From positions 21,501,175-21,565,174 of the forward strand of contig NC_092677.1 in the NCBI RefSeq assembly GCF_964355755.1: a stretch of DNA of 64,000 nt, written 5' to 3'. The notes beneath the pieces were generated by a model. It worked only from the letters and a program-made list of their open reading frames with translations. It made no database searches and was not told where the DNA came from. Both the position numbers and the translations under genes were made by a program. This stretch comes from Antedon mediterranea. Taxonomy: Eukaryota > Animalia > Echinodermata. Shown here piece after piece: positions 41,901 to 54,800 of this stretch (the first letter of the stretch is position 1; each line of letters begins with the position of its first letter).

Positions 41901-42597
41901 CGCATTTGGAGACGTTTTAGACCATTTTGTTCATTTCGATGAAACAAAAACACAAAAACATCAAATTGCACAAAATGGCTTAATATGATATGGGAAAACG
42001 TTTTAGACCATTTTGAACATTTCGTTAAAACTTTTCACACAAAAACATCAAAGTCCACAAAATAGCTTAATATCGTATTTAAAAACGTTTTAGACCATTT
42101 TGAGAATTTCGAAAAAACTTTTTCACACAAAACATCAAAGTTTACAAAATAGCTTCAAATCGCATTTGGAGACGTTTTAGACCATTTTGTGATTTTCAAA
42201 AAAACTTAACATAAAAACACCAAAGTGCTCAGAATACCTTCAAATCGCATTTTGAGACGTTTTAGACCATTTTGTGATTTTCGAAAAAACTTGTTAACAT
42301 AAAAACACCAAAGTGCTTAGAAAAGCTTCAAATCGCATTTGGAGACGTTTTAGACCATTTTGTTCATTTCGATGAAACTTGGTTACACAAAAAAATCAAA
42401 CAGCACAAAAGATCTTAATATCGTATTTAAAAACGTTTTAGACCATTTTGAGCATTTCGAAAAAACTTTTTCACACAAAACATCAAAGTGTACAAAAAAG
42501 CTTCAAAATCGCATTTGGAGACGTTTTAGACAATTTTGTGATTTTCGAAAAAACTTGTTTACATAAAAACACCAAAGTGCTTAGAAAAGCTTCAAAT
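29930..42597 (+). repeat. HOR variant domain A (second block), with 8/11/12-mer HOR units from ~32.6 kb
   Basis: Marker GATGAAACAAAAAC occurs at 32897, 33826, 34755, 35423, 36352, 37371, 38042, 39061, 39990, 41009 and 41938, giving spacings of 929, 668/671 and 1019 bp. Confidence 0.8.
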
Positions 42598-42680
42598 CGT
42601 ATTCTGAGCACTTTATGTTAACAAGTTTTTTCGAAAATTACAAAATGGTCTAAAACGTCTCAAAATGCGATTTGAACGTA
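42541..42680. other. Inversion breakpoint within the satellite array
   Basis: The junction reads AAAGTGCTTAGAAAAGCTTCAAAT[CGTATT]CTGAGCACTTT^ATGTTAACAAG. The bases at 42598-42603 fit both orientations, and GGTGTTTTT (9 bp) is missing at ~42614. Confidence 0.95.
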
Positions 42681-45600
42681 TTCTGAGCACTTTGGTGTTT
42701 TTATGTTAACAAGTTTTTTCGAAAATCACAAAATGGTCTAAAACGTCTCCAAATGCGATTTGAAGCTATTTTGTAAACTTTGATGTTTTGTGTGAAAAAG
42801 TTTTTTCGAAATGCTCAAAATGGTCTAAAACGTTTTTAAATACGATATTAAGCTATTTTGTGGACTTTGATGTTTTTGTCTGAAAAGTTTTAACGAAATG
42901 CTCAAAATGGTCTAAAACGGTTTCTAATGTGATTTTAAGCACTTTGATGTTTTTGTGTAACCAAGTTTCATCGAAATGCACAAAAGGGTCTAAAACGTCT
43001 CCAAATGCGATTTGAAGCTCTTTTGTGTTTTTATGTTAAGAAGTTTTTTCGAAAACTACAAAATGGTCTAAAACGTCTCCAAATGCGATTTAAAGCTATT
43101 CTGTACACTTTGATGTTTTGTTTGAAAAAGTTTTGTCGAAATGCTCAAAATGGTCTAAAACGTTTTTAAATACGATATTAAGCTCTTTTGTGCTCTTTGA
43201 TGTTTTTGTGTAACCAAGTTTAATCGAAATGAACAAAATGGTCTAAAACGTCTCCAAATGCGATTTGAAGCTTTTCTAAGCACTTTGGTGTTTTTATGTT
43301 AACAAGTTTTTTCGAAAATCACAAAATGGTCTAAAACGTCTCAAAATACGATTTGAAGGTATTCTGAGCACTTTGGTGTTTTTATGTTTTTTTGAAAATC
43401 ACAAAATGGTCTAGAACGTCTCCAAATGTGATTTGAAGCTATTTTGTAAACTTTGATGTTTTGTGTGAAAAAGTTTTTTCGAAATGCTCAAAATGGTCTA
43501 AAACGGTTTCTAATGCGATTTGAAGCTATTCTGTACACTTTGAAGTTTTGTGTGAAAAAGTTTTCTCGAAACGTTCAAAATGGTCTAAAACGTTTTCCCA
43601 TACCATATTAAGCCATTTTGTGCAGTTTGATGTTTTTGTGTAACCAAGTTTCATCGAAATGAACAAAATGGTCTAAAACGTCTCCAAATGCGATTTGAAA
43701 CTTTTCTAAGCACTTTGGTGTTTTTATGTTAACAAGTTTTTTCGAAAATCACAAAATGGTCTAAAACGTCTCCAAATGCGATTTGAAGGTATTCTGAGCA
43801 CTTTGGTATTTTTATGTTAACAAGTTTTTTCGAAAATCACAAAATGGTCTAAAACGTCTCCAAATGCGATTTGAAGCTATTCTGAGCACTTTGGTGTTTT
43901 TATGTTAACAAGTTTTTTCGAAAATCACAAAATGGTCTAAAACGTCTCCAAATGCGATTTGAAGCTATTTTGTAAACTTTGATGTTTTGTGTGAAAAAGT
44001 TTTTTCGAAATGCTCAAAATGGTCTAAAACGGTTTCTAATGCGATTTGAAGCTATTCTGTACACTTTGAAGTTTTGTGTGAAAAAGTTTTCTCGAAATGT
44101 TCAAAATGGTCTAAAACGTTTTCCCATACCATATTAAGCCATTTTGTGCAATTTGATGTTTTTGTGTAACCAAGTTTCATCGAAATGAACAAAATGGTCT
44201 AAAACGTCTCCAAATGCGATTTAAAGCTATTCTGTACACTTTGATGTTTTGTGTGAAAAAGTTTTGTCGAAATGCTCAAAATGGTCTAAAACGTTTTTAA
44301 ATACGATATTAAGCTATTTTTTGCTCTTTGATGTTTTTGTGTGAACAGTTTTAACGAAATGCTCAAAATGTGATTTTAAGCACTTTGATGTTTTTGTGTA
44401 ACCAAGTTTCATCGAAATGCACAAAATGGTCTAAAACGTCTCCAAATGAGATTTGAAGCTATTCTGTACACTTTGATGTTTTGTGAGAAAAAGCTTTGTC
44501 GAAATGCTCAAAATGGTCTAAAACGTTTTTAAATACCATATTAAGCTATTTTGTGCACTTTGATGTTTTTGTGTGTAAAATTTTGTCGAAATGCTCAAAA
44601 TGGTCTAAAACGTGTCCAAATGCGATTTGAAGAATTTCTAAGCACTTTGGTGTTTTTAAGTTAACAAGTTTTTTCGAAAATCACAAAATGGTCTAAAACG
44701 TCTCAAAATGCGATTTGAAGGTATTCTGAGCACTTTGGTGTTTTTATGTTAACAAGTTTTTTCGAAAATCACAAAATGGTCTAAAACGTCTCCAAATGCG
44801 ATTTGAAGCTATTTTGTAAACTTTGATGTTTTGTGTGAAAAAGTTTTTTCGAAATGCTCAAAATGGTCTAAAACGTTTTTAAATACGATATTAAGCTATT
44901 TTGTGGACTTTGATGTTTTTGTCTGAAAAGTTTTAACGAAATGCTCAAAATGGTCTAAAACGGTTTCTAATGTGATTTTAAGCACTTTGATGTTTTTGTG
45001 TAACCAAGTTTCATCGAAATGCACAAAAGGGTCTAAAACGTCTCCAAATGCGATTTGAAGCTCTTTTGTGTTTTTATGTTAAGAAGTTTTTTCGAAAACT
45101 ACAAAATGGTCTAAAACGTCTCCAAATGCGATTTAAAGCTATTCTGTACACTTTGATGTTTTGTTTGAAAAAGTTTTGTCGAAATGCTCAAAATGGTCTA
45201 AAACGTTTTTAAATACGATATTAAGCTCTTTTGTACTCTTTGATGTTTTTGTGTAACCAAGTTTAATCGAAATGAACAAAATGGTCTAAAACGTCTCCAA
45301 ATGCGATTTGAAGCTTTTCTAAGCACTTTGGTGTTTTTATGTTAACAAGTTTTTTCGAAAATCACAAAATGGTCTAAAACGTCTCAAAATACGATTTGAA
45401 GGTATTCTGAGCACTTTGGTGTTTTTATGTTAACAAGTTTTTTCGAAAATCACAAAATGGTCTAAAACTTCTCAAAATGCGATTTGAAGGTATTCTGAGC
45501 ACTTTGGTGTTTTTATGTTAACAATTTTTTTCGAAAATCACAAAATGGTCTAAAACGTCTCCAAATGCGATTTGAAGCTATTTTGTAAACTTTGATGTTT

Positions 45601-48600
45601 TGTGTGAAAAAGTTTTTTCGAAATGCTCAAAATGGTCTAAAACGTTTTTAAATACGATATGAAGCTATTTTGTGGACTTTGATGTTTTTGTGTGAAAAGT
45701 TTTAACGAAATGCTCAAAATGGTCTAAAACGGTTTCTAATGTGATTTTAAGCAGTTTGATGTTTTTGTGTAACCAAGTTTCATCGAAATGCACAAAAGGG
45801 TCTAAAACGTCTCCAAATGCGATTTGAAGCTCTTTTGTCTTTTTATGTTAACAAGTTTTTTCGAAAACTACAAAATGGTCTAAAACGTCTCCAAATGCGA
45901 TTTGAAGCTATTCTGTACACTTTGATGTTTTGTGAGAAAAAGTTTTGTCGAATTGCTCAAAATGGTCTAAAACGTTTTTAAATACGATATTAAGCTATTT
46001 TTTACTCTTTGATGTTTTTGTGTGAAAAGTTTTAACGAAATGGTCAAAATGTGATTTTAAGCACTTTGATGTTTTTGTGTAACCAAGTTTCATCTAAATG
46101 CACAAAATGGTCTAAAACGTCTCCAAATGCGATTTGAAGCTTTTCTAAGCACTTTGGTGTTTTTATGTTAACAAGTTCTTTCGAAAATCACAAAATGGTC
46201 TAAACCGTCTCAAAATGCGATGTGAAGGTATTCTGAGCACTTTGGTGTTTTTATGTTAACAAGTTTTTTCGAAAATCACAAAATGGTCTAAAACGTCTCC
46301 AAATGCGATTTGAAGCTATTTTGTAAACTTTGATGTTTTGTGTGAAAAAGTTTTTTCGAAATGCTCAAAATGGTCTAAAACGTTTTTAAATACGATATTA
46401 AGCTATTTTGTGGACTTTGATGTTTTTGTGTGAAAAGTTTTAACGAAATGCTCAAAATGGTCTAAAACGGTTTCTAATGTGATTTTAAGCACTTTGATGT
46501 TTTTGTGTAACCAAGTTTCATCGAAATGCACAAAAGGGTCTAAAACGTCTCCAAATGCGATTTGAAGCTATTCTTAGCTCTTTTGTGTTTTTATGTTAAC
46601 AAGTTTTTTCGAAAACTACAAAATGGTCTAAAACGTCTCCAAATGCGATTTAAAGCTATTCTGTACACTTTGATGTTTTGTGTGAAAAAGTTTTGTCGAA
46701 ATGCTCAAAATGGTCTAAAACGTTTTTAAATACGATATTAAGCTCTTTTGTGCTCTTTGATGTTTTTGTGTAACCAAGTTTCATCGAAATGAACAAAATG
46801 GTCTTAAACGTCTCCAAATGCGATTTGAAGATTTTCTAAGCACTTTGGTGTTTTTATGTTAACAAGTTTTTTCGAAAATCACAAAATGGTCTAAAACGTC
46901 TCAAAATGCGATTTGAAGGTATTCTGAGCACTTTGGTGTTTTTATGTTAACAAGTTTTTTCGAAAATCACAAAATGGTCTAAAACTTCTCAAAATGCGAT
47001 TTGAAGGTATTCTGAGCACTTTGGTGTTTTTATGTTAACAATTTTTTTCGAAAATCACAAAATGGTCTAAAACGTCTCCAAATGCGATTTGAAGCTATTC
47101 TGTACACTTTGAAGTTTTGTGTGAAAAAGTTTTCTCGAAACGTTCAAAATGGTCTAAAACGTTTTCCCATACTATATTAAGCCATTTTGTGCAATTTGAT
47201 GTTTTTGTGTAACCAAGTTTCATCGAAATGAACAAAATGGTCTAAAACGTCTCCAAATGCGATTTGAAACTTTTCTAAGCACTTTGGTGTTTTTATGTTA
47301 ACAAGTTTTTTCGAAAATCACAAAATGGTCTAAAACGTCTCCAAATGCGATTTGAAGGTATTCTGAGCACTTTGGTGTTTTTATGTTAACAAGTTTTTTC
47401 GAAAATCACAAAATGGTCTAAAACGTCTCCAAATGCGATTTGAAGCTATTTTGTAAACTTTGATGTTTTGTGTGAAAAAGTTTTTTCGAAATGCTCAAAA
47501 TGGTCTAAAACGGTTTCAAATGCGATTTGAAGCTATTCTGTACACTTTGAAGTTTTGTGTGAAAAAGTTTTCTCGAAATGTTCAAAATGGTCTAAAACGT
47601 TTTCCCATACCATATTAAGCCATTTTGTGCAATTTGATGTTTTTGTGTAACCAAGTTTCATCGAAATGAACAAAATGGTCTAAAACGTCTCCAAATGCGA
47701 TTTAAAGCTATTCTGTACACTTTGATGTTTTGTGTGAAAAAGTTTTGTCGAAATGCTCAAAATGGTCTAAAACGTTTTTAAATACGATATTAAGCTATTT
47801 TTTGCTCTTTGATGTTTTTGTGTGAACAGTTTTAACGAAATGCTCAAAATGTGATTTTAAGCACTTTGATGTTTTTGTGTAACCAAGTTTCATCGAAATG
47901 CACAAAATGGTCTAAAACGTCTCCAAATGCGATTTGAAGCTATTCTGTACACTTTGATGTTTTGTGAGAAAAAGCTTTGTCGAAATGCTCAAAATGGTCT
48001 AAAACGTTTTTAAATACCATATTAAGCTATTTTGTGCACTTTGATGTTTTTGTGTGTAAAATTTTATCGAAATGCTCAAAATGGTCTAAAACGTCACCAA
48101 ATGCGATTTGAAGATTTTCTAAGCACTTTGGTGTTTTTAAGTTAACAAGTTTTTTCGAAAATCACAAAATGGTCTAAAACGTCTCAAAATGCGATTTGAA
48201 GGTATTCTGAGCACTTTGGTGTTTTTATGTTAACAAGTTTTTTCGAAAATCACAAAATGGTCTAAAACGTCTCCAAATGCGATTTGAAGCTATTTTGTAA
48301 ACTTTGATGTTTTGTGTGAAAAAGTTTTTTCGAAATGCTCAAAATGGTCTAAAACGTTTTTAAATACGATATTAAGCTATTTTGTGGACTTTGATGTTTT
48401 TGTCTGAAAAGTTTTAACGAAATGCTCAAAATGGTCTAAAACGGTTTCTAATGTGATTTTAAGCACTTTGATGTTTTTGTGTAACCAAGTTTCATCGAAA
48501 TGCACAAAAGGGTCTGAAACGTCTCCAAATGCGATTTGAAGCTCTTTTGTGTTTTTATGTTAACAAGTTTTTTCGAAAACTACAAAATGGTCTAAAACGT

Positions 48601-49524
48601 CTCCAAATGCGATTTAAAGCTATTCTGTACACTTTGATGTTTTGTTTGAAAAAGTTTTGTCGAAATGCTCAAAATGGTCTAAAACGTTTTTAAATACGAT
48701 ATTAAGCTCTTTTGTGCTCTTTGATGTTTTTGTGTAACCAAGTTTAATCGAAATGAACAAAATGGTCTTAAACGTCTCCAAATGCGATTTGAAGATTTTC
48801 TAAGCACTTTGGTGTTTTTATGTTAACAAGTTTTTTCGAAAATCACAAAATGGTCTAAAACGTCTCCAAATGCGATTTGAAGGTATTCTGAGCACTTTGG
48901 TGTTTTTATGTTAACAAGTTTTTTCGAAAATCACAAAATGGTCTAAAACTTCTCAAAATGCGATTTGAAGGTATTCTGAGCACTTTGGTGTTTTTATGTT
49001 AACAATTTTTTTCGAAAATCACAAAATGGTCTAAAACGTCTCCAAATGCGATTTGAAGCTATTTTGTAAACTTTGATGTTTTGTGTGAAAAAGTTTTTTC
49101 GAAATGCTCAAAATGGTCTAAAACGTTTTTAAATACGATATTAAGCTCTTTTGTGCTCTTTGATGTTTTTGTGTAACCAAGTTTAATCGAAATGAACAAA
49201 ATGGTCTAAAACGTCTCCAAATGCGATTTGAAGCTTTTCTAAGCACTTTGGTGTTTTTATGTTAACCAGTTTTTTCGAAAATCACAAAATGGTCTAAAAC
49301 TTCTCAAAATGCGATTTGAAGGTATTCTGAGCACTTTGGTGTTTTTATGTTAACAATTTTTTTCGAAAATCACAAAATGGTCTAAAACGTCTCCAAATGC
49401 GATTTGAAGCTATTTTGTAAACTTTGATGTTTTGTGTGAAAAAGTTTTTTCGAAATGCTCAAAATGGTCTAAAACGTTTTTAAATACGATATGAAGCTAT
49501 TTTGTGGACTTTGATGTTTTTGTG

Positions 49525-51857
49525 TGAAAAGTTTTAACGAAATGCTCAAAATGGTCTAAAACGGTTTCTAATGTGATTTTAAGCAGTTTGATGTTTTTGT
49601 GTAACCAAGTTTCATCGAAATGCACAAAAGGGTCTAAAACGTCTCCAAATGCGATTTGAAGCTCTTTTGTCTTTTTATGTTAACCAGTTTTTTCGAAAAC
49701 TACAAAATGGTCTAAAACGTCTCCAAATGCGATTTGAAGCTATTCTGTACACTTTGATGTTTTGTGAGAAAAAGTTTTGTCGAATTGCTCAAAATGGTCT
49801 AAAACGTTTTTAAATACGATATTAAGCTATTTTTTACTCTTTGATGTTTTTGTGTGAAAAGTTTTAACGAAATGGTCAAAATGTGATTTTAAGCACTTTG
49901 ATGTTTTTGTGTAACCAAGTTTCATCTAAATGCACAAAATGGTCTAAAACGTCTCCAAATGCGATTTGAAGCTTTTCTAAGCACTTTGGTGTTTTTATGT
50001 TAACAAGTTCTTTCGAAAATCACAAAATGGTCTAAACCGTCTCAAAATGCGATGTGAAGGTATTCTGAGCACTTTGGTGTTTTTATGTTAACAAGTTTTT
50101 TCGAAAATCACAAAATGGTCTAAAACGTCTCCAAATGCGATTTGAAGCTATTTTGTAAACTTTGATGTTTTGTGTGAAAAAGTTTTTTCGAAATGCTCAA
50201 AATGGTCTAAAACGTTTTTAAATACGATATTAAGCTATTTTGTGGACTTTGATGTTTTTGTGTGAAAAGTTTTAACGAAATGCTCAAAATGGTCTAAAAC
50301 GGTTTCTAATGTGATTTTAAGCACTTTGATGTTTTTGTGTAACCAAGTTTCATCGAAATGCACAAAAGGATCTAAAACGTCTCCAAATGCGATTTGAAGC
50401 TATTCTTAGCTCTTTTGTGTTTTTATGTTAACAAGTTTTTTCGAAAACCACAAAATGGTCTAAAACGTCTCCAAATGCGATTTAAAGCTATTCTGTACAC
50501 TTTGATGTTTTGTGTGAAAAAGTTTTGTTGAAATGCTCAAAATGGTCTAAAACGTTTTTAAATACGATATTAAGCTCTTTTGTGCTCTTTGATGTTTTTG
50601 TGTAACCAAGTTTCATCGAAATGAACAAAATGGTCTTAAACGTCTCCAAATGCGATTTGAAGATTTTCTAAGCACTTTGGTGTTTTTATGTGAAAAGTTT
50701 TAACGAAATGCTCAAAATGGTCTAAAACGGTTTCTAATGTGATTTTAAGCAGTTTGATGTTTTTGTGTAACCAAGTTTCATCGAAATGCACAAAAGGGTC
50801 TAAAACGTCTCCAAATGCGATTTGAAGCTCTTTTGTCTTTTTATGTTAACCAGTTTTTTCGAAAACTACAAAATGGTCTAAAACGTCTCCAAATGCGATT
50901 TGAAGCTATTCTGTACACTTTGATGTTTTGTGAGAAAAAGTTTTGTCGAATTGCTCAAAATGGTCTAAAACGTTTTTAAATACGATATTAAGCTATTTTT
51001 TACTCTTTGATGTTTTTGTGTGAAAAGTTTTAACGAAATGGTCAAAATGTGATTTTAAGCACTTTGATGTTTTTGTGTAACCAAGTTTCATCTAAATGCA
51101 CAAAATGGTCTAAAACGTCTCCAAATGCGATTTGAAGCTTTTCTAAGCACTTTGGTGTTTTTATGTTAACAAGTTCTTTCGAAAATCACAAAATGGTCTA
51201 AACCGTCTCAAAATGCGATGTGAAGGTATTCTGAGCACTTTGGTGTTTTTATGTTAACAAGTTTTTTCGAAAATCACAAAATGGTCTAAAACGTCTCCAA
51301 ATGCGATTTGAAGCTATTTTGTAAACTTTGATGTTTTGTGTGAAAAAGTTTTTTCGAAATGCTCAAAATGGTCTAAAACGTTTTTAAATACGATATTAAG
51401 CTATTTTGTGGACTTTGATGTTTTTGTGTGAAAAGTTTTAACGAAATGCTCAAAATGGTCTAAAACGGTTTCTAATGTGATTTTAAGCACTTTGATGTTT
51501 TTGTGTAACCAAGTTTCATCGAAATGCACAAAAGGATCTAAAACGTCTCCAAATGCGATTTGAAGCTATTCTTAGCTCTTTTGTGTTTTTATGTTAACAA
51601 GTTTTTTCGAAAACCACAAAATGGTCTAAAACGTCTCCAAATGCGATTTAAAGCTATTCTGTACACTTTGATGTTTTGTGTGAAAAAGTTTTGTTGAAAT
51701 GCTCAAAATGGTCTAAAACGTTTTTAAATACGATATTAAGCTCTTTTGTGCTCTTTGATGTTTTTGTGTAACCAAGTTTCATCGAAATGAACAAAATGGT
51801 CTTAAACGTCTCCAAATGCGATTTGAAGATTTTCTAAGCACTTTGGTGTTTTTATGT
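49525..51857 (-). repeat. 1166-bp tandem duplication
   Basis: TAACCAG occurs at 49681/50847 and TCTAAACCGT at 50031/51197. The chimeric junction TTTTTATGT|GAAAAGTTTTAACG is at ~50691. Confidence 0.85.
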
Positions 51858-54800
51858 TAACAAGTTTTTTCGAAAATCACAAAATGGTCTAAAACGTCTC
51901 AAAATGCGATTTGAAGGTATTCTGAGCACTTTGGTGTTTTTATGTTAACAAGTTTTTTCGAAAATCACAAAATGGTCTAAAACGTCTCAAAATGCGATTT
52001 GAAGGTATTCTGAGCACTTTGGTGTTTTTATGTTAACAAGTTTTTTTGAAAATCACAAAATGGTCTAGAACGTCTCCAAATGTGATTTGAAGCTATTTTG
52101 TAAACTTTGATGTTTTGTGTGAAAAAGTTTTTTCGAAATGCTCAAAATGGTCTAAAACGGTTTCTAATGCGATTTGAAGCTATTCTGTACACTTTGAAGT
52201 TTTGTGTGAAAAAGTTTTCTCGAAACGTTCAAAATGGTCTAAAACGTTTTCCCATACCATATTAAGCCATTTTGTGCAATTTGATGTTTTTGTGTAACCA
52301 AGTTTCATCGAAATGAACAAAATGGTCTAAAACGTCTCCAAATGCGATTTGAAACTTTTCTAAGCACTTTGGTGTTTTTATGTTAACAAGTTTTTTCGAA
52401 AATCACAAAATGGTCTAAAACGTCTCCAAATGCGATTTGAAGGTATTCTGAGCACTTTGGTGTTTTTATGTTAACAAGTTTTTTCGAAAATCACAAAATG
52501 GTCTAAAACGTCTCCAAATGCGATTTGAAGCTATTTTGTAAACTTTGATGTTTTGTGTGAAAAAGTTTTTTCGAAATGCTCAAAATGGTCTAAAACGGTT
52601 TCAAATGCGATTTGAAGCTATTCTGTACACTTTGAAGTTTTGTGTGAAAAAGTTTTCTCGAAATGTTCAAAATGGTCTAAAACGTTTTCCCATACCATAT
52701 TAAGCCATTTTGTGCAATTTGATGTTTTTGTGTAACCAAGTTTCATCGAAATGAACAAAATGGTCTAAAACGTCTCCAAATGCGATTTGAAGCTTATCTG
52801 TACACTTTGATGTTTTGTGTGAAAAAGTTTTGTCGAAATGCTCAAAATGGTCTAAAACGTTTTTAAATACGATATTAAGCTATTTTTTGCTCTTTGATGT
52901 TTTTGTGTGAACAGTTTTAACGAAATGCTCAAAATGTGATTTTAAGCACTTTGATGTTTTTGTGTAACCAAGTTTCATCGAAAATCACAAAATGGTCTAA
53001 AACGTCTCCAAATGCGATTTGAAGCTATTCTGTACACTTTGATGTTTTGTGAGAAAAAGCTTTGTCGAAATGCTCAAAATAGTCTAAAACGTTTTTAAAT
53101 ACCATATTAAGCTATTTTGTGCACTTTGATATTTTTGTGTGTAAAATTTTATCGAAATGCTCAAAATGGTCTAAAACGTCACCTAATGCGATTTGAAGAA
53201 TTTCTAAGCACTTTGGTGTTTTTAAGTTAACAAGTTTTTTCGAAAATCACAAAATGGTCTAAAACGTCTCAAAATGCGATTTGAAGGTATTCTGAGCACT
53301 TTGGTGTTTTTATGTTAACAAGTTTTTTCGAAAATCACAAAATGGTCTAAAACGTCTCCAAATGCGATTTGAAGCTATTTTGTAAACTTTGATGTTTTGT
53401 GTGAAAAAGTTTTTTCGAAATGCTCAAAATGGTCTAAAACGTTTTTAAATACGATATTAAGCTATTTTGTGGACTTTGATGTTTTTGTCTGAAAAGTTTT
53501 TTCGAAATGCTCAAAATGGTCTAAAACGTCTCCAAATACGATATTAAGCTCTTTTGTGCTCTTTGATGTTTTTGTGTAACCAAGTTTAATCGAAATGAAC
53601 AAAATGGTCTAAAACGTCTCCAAATGCGATTTGAAGCTTTTCTAAGCACTTTGGTGTTTTTATGTTAACCAGTTTTTTCGAAAATCACAAAATGGTCTAA
53701 AACTTCTCAAAATGCGATTTGAAGGTATTCTGAGCACTTTGGTGTTTTTATGTTAACAATTTTTTTCGAAAATCACAAAATGGTCTAAAACGTCTCCAAA
53801 TGCGATTTGAAGCTATTTTGTAAACTTTGATGTTTTGTGTGAAAAAGTTTTTTCGAAATGCTCAAAATGGTCTAAAACGTTTTTAAATACGATATGAAGC
53901 TATTTTGTGGACTTTGATGTTTTTGTGTGAAAAGTTTTAACGAAATGCTCAAAATGGTCTAAAACGGTTTCTAATGTGATTTTAAGCAGTTTGATGTTTT
54001 TGTGTAACCAAGTTTCATCGAAATGCACAAAAGGGTCTAAAACGTCTCCAAATGCGATTTGAAGCTCTTTTGTCTTTTTATGTTAACCAGTTTTTTCGAA
54101 AACTACAAAATGGTCTAAAACGTCTCCAAATGCGATTTGAAGCTATTCTGTACACTTTGATGTTTTGTGAGAAAAAGTTTTGTCGAATTGCTCAAAATGG
54201 TCTAAAACGTTTTTAAATACGATATTAAGCTATTTTTTACTCTTTGATGTTTTTGTGTGAAAAGTTTTAACGAAATGGTCAAAATGTGATTTTAAGCACT
54301 TTGATGTTTTTGTGTAACCAAGTTTCATCTAAATGCACAAAATGGTCTAAAACGTCTCCAAATGCGATTTGAAGCTTTTCTAAGCACTTTGGTGTTTTTA
54401 TGTTAACAAGTTCTTTCGAAAATCACAAAATGGTCTAAACCGTCTCAAAATGCGATGTGAAGGTATTCTGAGCACTTTGGTGTTTTTATGTTAACAAGTT
54501 TTTTCGAAAATCACAAAATGGTCTAAAACGTCTCCAAATGCGATTTGAAGCTATTTTGTAAACTTTGATGTTTTGTGTGAAAAAGTTTTTTCGAAATGCT
54601 CAAAATGGTCTAAAACGTTTTTAAATACGATATTAAGCTATTTTGTGGACTTTGATGTTTTTGTGTGAAAAGTTTTAACGAAATGCTCAAAATGGTCTAA
54701 AACGGTTTCTAATGTGATTTTAAGCACTTTGATGTTTTTGTGTAACCAAGTTTCATCGAAATGCACAAAAGGATCTAAAACGTCTCCAAATGCGATTTGA

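Larger units (their letters stand above)
1..42603 (+). repeat. Tandem satellite DNA array, 87-88 bp monomer, forward orientation (~500 monomers)
   Basis: The anchor GACCATTTTG recurs at 1, 88, 176, 264, 351, 438 and onward without interruption up to ~42,600. Several monomer subtypes are present and no unique sequence is interspersed. Confidence 0.98.

Noticed and set aside
42360-42566. 68-aa ORF next to the inversion
   Set aside because: It has a TTG start and arises from local variants removing stop codons. It lies entirely within satellite monomers.
42500-42700. Transposon terminal inverted repeats or a terminator at the junction hairpin
   Set aside because: Both stems are ordinary satellite sequence, with no internal element, target-site duplication or transcription unit.
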